Shown: positions 62,580 to 64,000 of the stretch, in pieces
Numbering within the stretch: the stretch's first letter is position 1
Layout of the letters: each line of letters begins with the position of its first letter
DNA from: Podarcis cretensis
Taxonomy: Eukaryota
DNA length: 64,000 nt
Assembly (NCBI GenBank): GCA_951804945.1
Contig: OX638154.1
Coordinates: 50,220,001-50,284,000, forward strand
Direction: 5' to 3'
Notes under the pieces: generated by a model
Database searches by the model: none
What the model was told of the DNA's origin: nothing
The model's input: only the letters and a program-made list of their open reading frames with translations
Translations under genes and position numbers: made by a program

Positions 62580-62725
62580 GGGTATGTATTGGAAGTGAAC
62601 CGTATTCCTGCGGGTACATATTGGAAGTGAACCATAGTCCACGAAAGCTTCTGCCATTGTAAGTTTTGATGACCTAATTTAAAGTGCCACAAGACTGTTG
62701 CTTTTGCTGCAAGAGAGTAAGATGG
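62580..62725 (+). mobile_element. Penelope-like element terminal remnant
   Basis: GAAGTG...GTCCACGAAAGCTT...TTTAAAGTGCCACAAGACTG...TTTTGCTGCAA resembles the reptilian Penelope-derived repeat end as recalled. Confidence 0.55.
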
Positions 62726-64000
62726 TGAATATAGTTTATGTTGGCAATGCTGTCTTCCATGAAGGTGCAGCTCCCAGTTTTAATCCTGAGTCCCCTGCTA
62801 CTGATTTCCATGGGAAAATCAGCCTTCTGTTTTTGTACTAAAGAACCAATTTGCCCTCTGGCTCTAAATAGAAAAACTCCACCTTATGAATGTATTCACA
62901 GCATTAAGGGAGTCATATGATTACTGGCTTTCACTGCCTTCAAATACAGGGTCATATTGTTATGGCTTATATATGCTGCTATGATACCAAACAAGAAACG
63001 AACATGGCCTGTATTTGATGAATAGCCCCTTTTTACTCATTGTCTGGCCAATGATGATGCAAAGTCTCATTCTTTCCCTCTCTCCTCTGAGATATGAAAA
63101 CAAATGGAGACATCTATGAAAGTATTGATGTGGGGACACGAAGAGTTGAGATGTGTTTTGTAATTAACTCCCTAGCTCTCTCTGATAGACTCCCAAATGC
63201 AATGCTGTGAAATAAGTCTTGCCTTGAGCCCCCCATAAGAGTGCTGTTGAGTAAGCTGTGACGTCTTTTATTACTAGTAATAAAATTATTAATAATAAAG
63301 GCCTACAAGTGGAATTCAACATGGCATTAATTGGGGTATCTGTGAGCGGGACGAGGTCTGCTTGCCAAGGGAACTCCCACGTGCTCCTGTTTTGGGTACC
63401 CCGCCCCCATCCTCCAGAGCAAAGATTTAGGGAGCACAAGGGGAGGAGAGGCAGCTTAATTCTTGTTCAGTGAGTGGACTTGATTCTGCTTGTGCAGCAA
63501 CACAGCTGAATCTTGCCCGATAGCACTTTTAGGATTCTAAAGGTAGGTGACCACAGGCCAGCTGAGCAGCTCTTAGATGCAGCATAAGTGCTTCTCTGCT
63601 GCCAAGTGGAAAGAGGCTTGCTGTTGGGATGTCCCACACAGTGGGGGGGGGAACAGGGGGGAAAGGATCCTTGGGTGTCTCTGTGTTGAGGATACACAGG
63701 ATCCTAAGCACCCTCATTCATGTAACATGGCCTTAAGAGGAGCCCTTTGCCAGCCTGTACACTGCCATGCTTAATTTCCTCCCACTGACGGCAATGGGAA
63801 GGGTGGTGGGAAATGGCAAAGAGAACGGTAAAAAAAATCAGTCTCCTGACCCCCACCCTTGCCTGGCAGCAAGCTGTCAGGGTTTAAGAAGTGTTTTTAG
63901 CTCCACTGCAGAATCCTTCCCTCTCCCCAATAGGATTGTTCTGCCACCATGCAAAAACACTATTTCCCCACCCCCAGCCCTGTATTCCAGCTCACAACAA

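Overview
Vertebrate genomic DNA, almost certainly from a lacertid lizard: it carries Sauria SINEs of the Podarcis type, a BovB fragment, and squamate CR1/L2 and DNA-transposon families. The window holds the 3' 15 coding exons of AHCYL1/IRBIT (855-18149, +), a complete 21-exon STRIP1 gene (23632-40980, +; 826 aa), an intronless UBL4B-like retrogene (45492-46073, +; 193 aa), and a CpG-island promoter with a probable non-coding first exon at about 59.0-59.9 kb, which by synteny should be SLC6A17. This is the human 1p13 gene order (AHCYL1-STRIP1-ALX3-UBL4B-SLC6A17) except that ALX3 is absent and the STRIP1-UBL4B gap is only about 4.5 kb and rich in transposons. I found no convincing new multi-gene system. 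The most promising leads are: (i) a squamate UBL4B with a compact CRE/CCAAT promoter and a DKATQT dynein-light-chain (LC8) motif in its tail, (ii) the ALX3 deletion with possible orphan enhancers downstream, (iii) a young hAT element carrying a TTAGGG-containing minisatellite inside a triple-nested insertion, and (iv) a decayed Penelope-type hammerhead remnant. Gene and repeat identities come from recalled homology; no searches were run.
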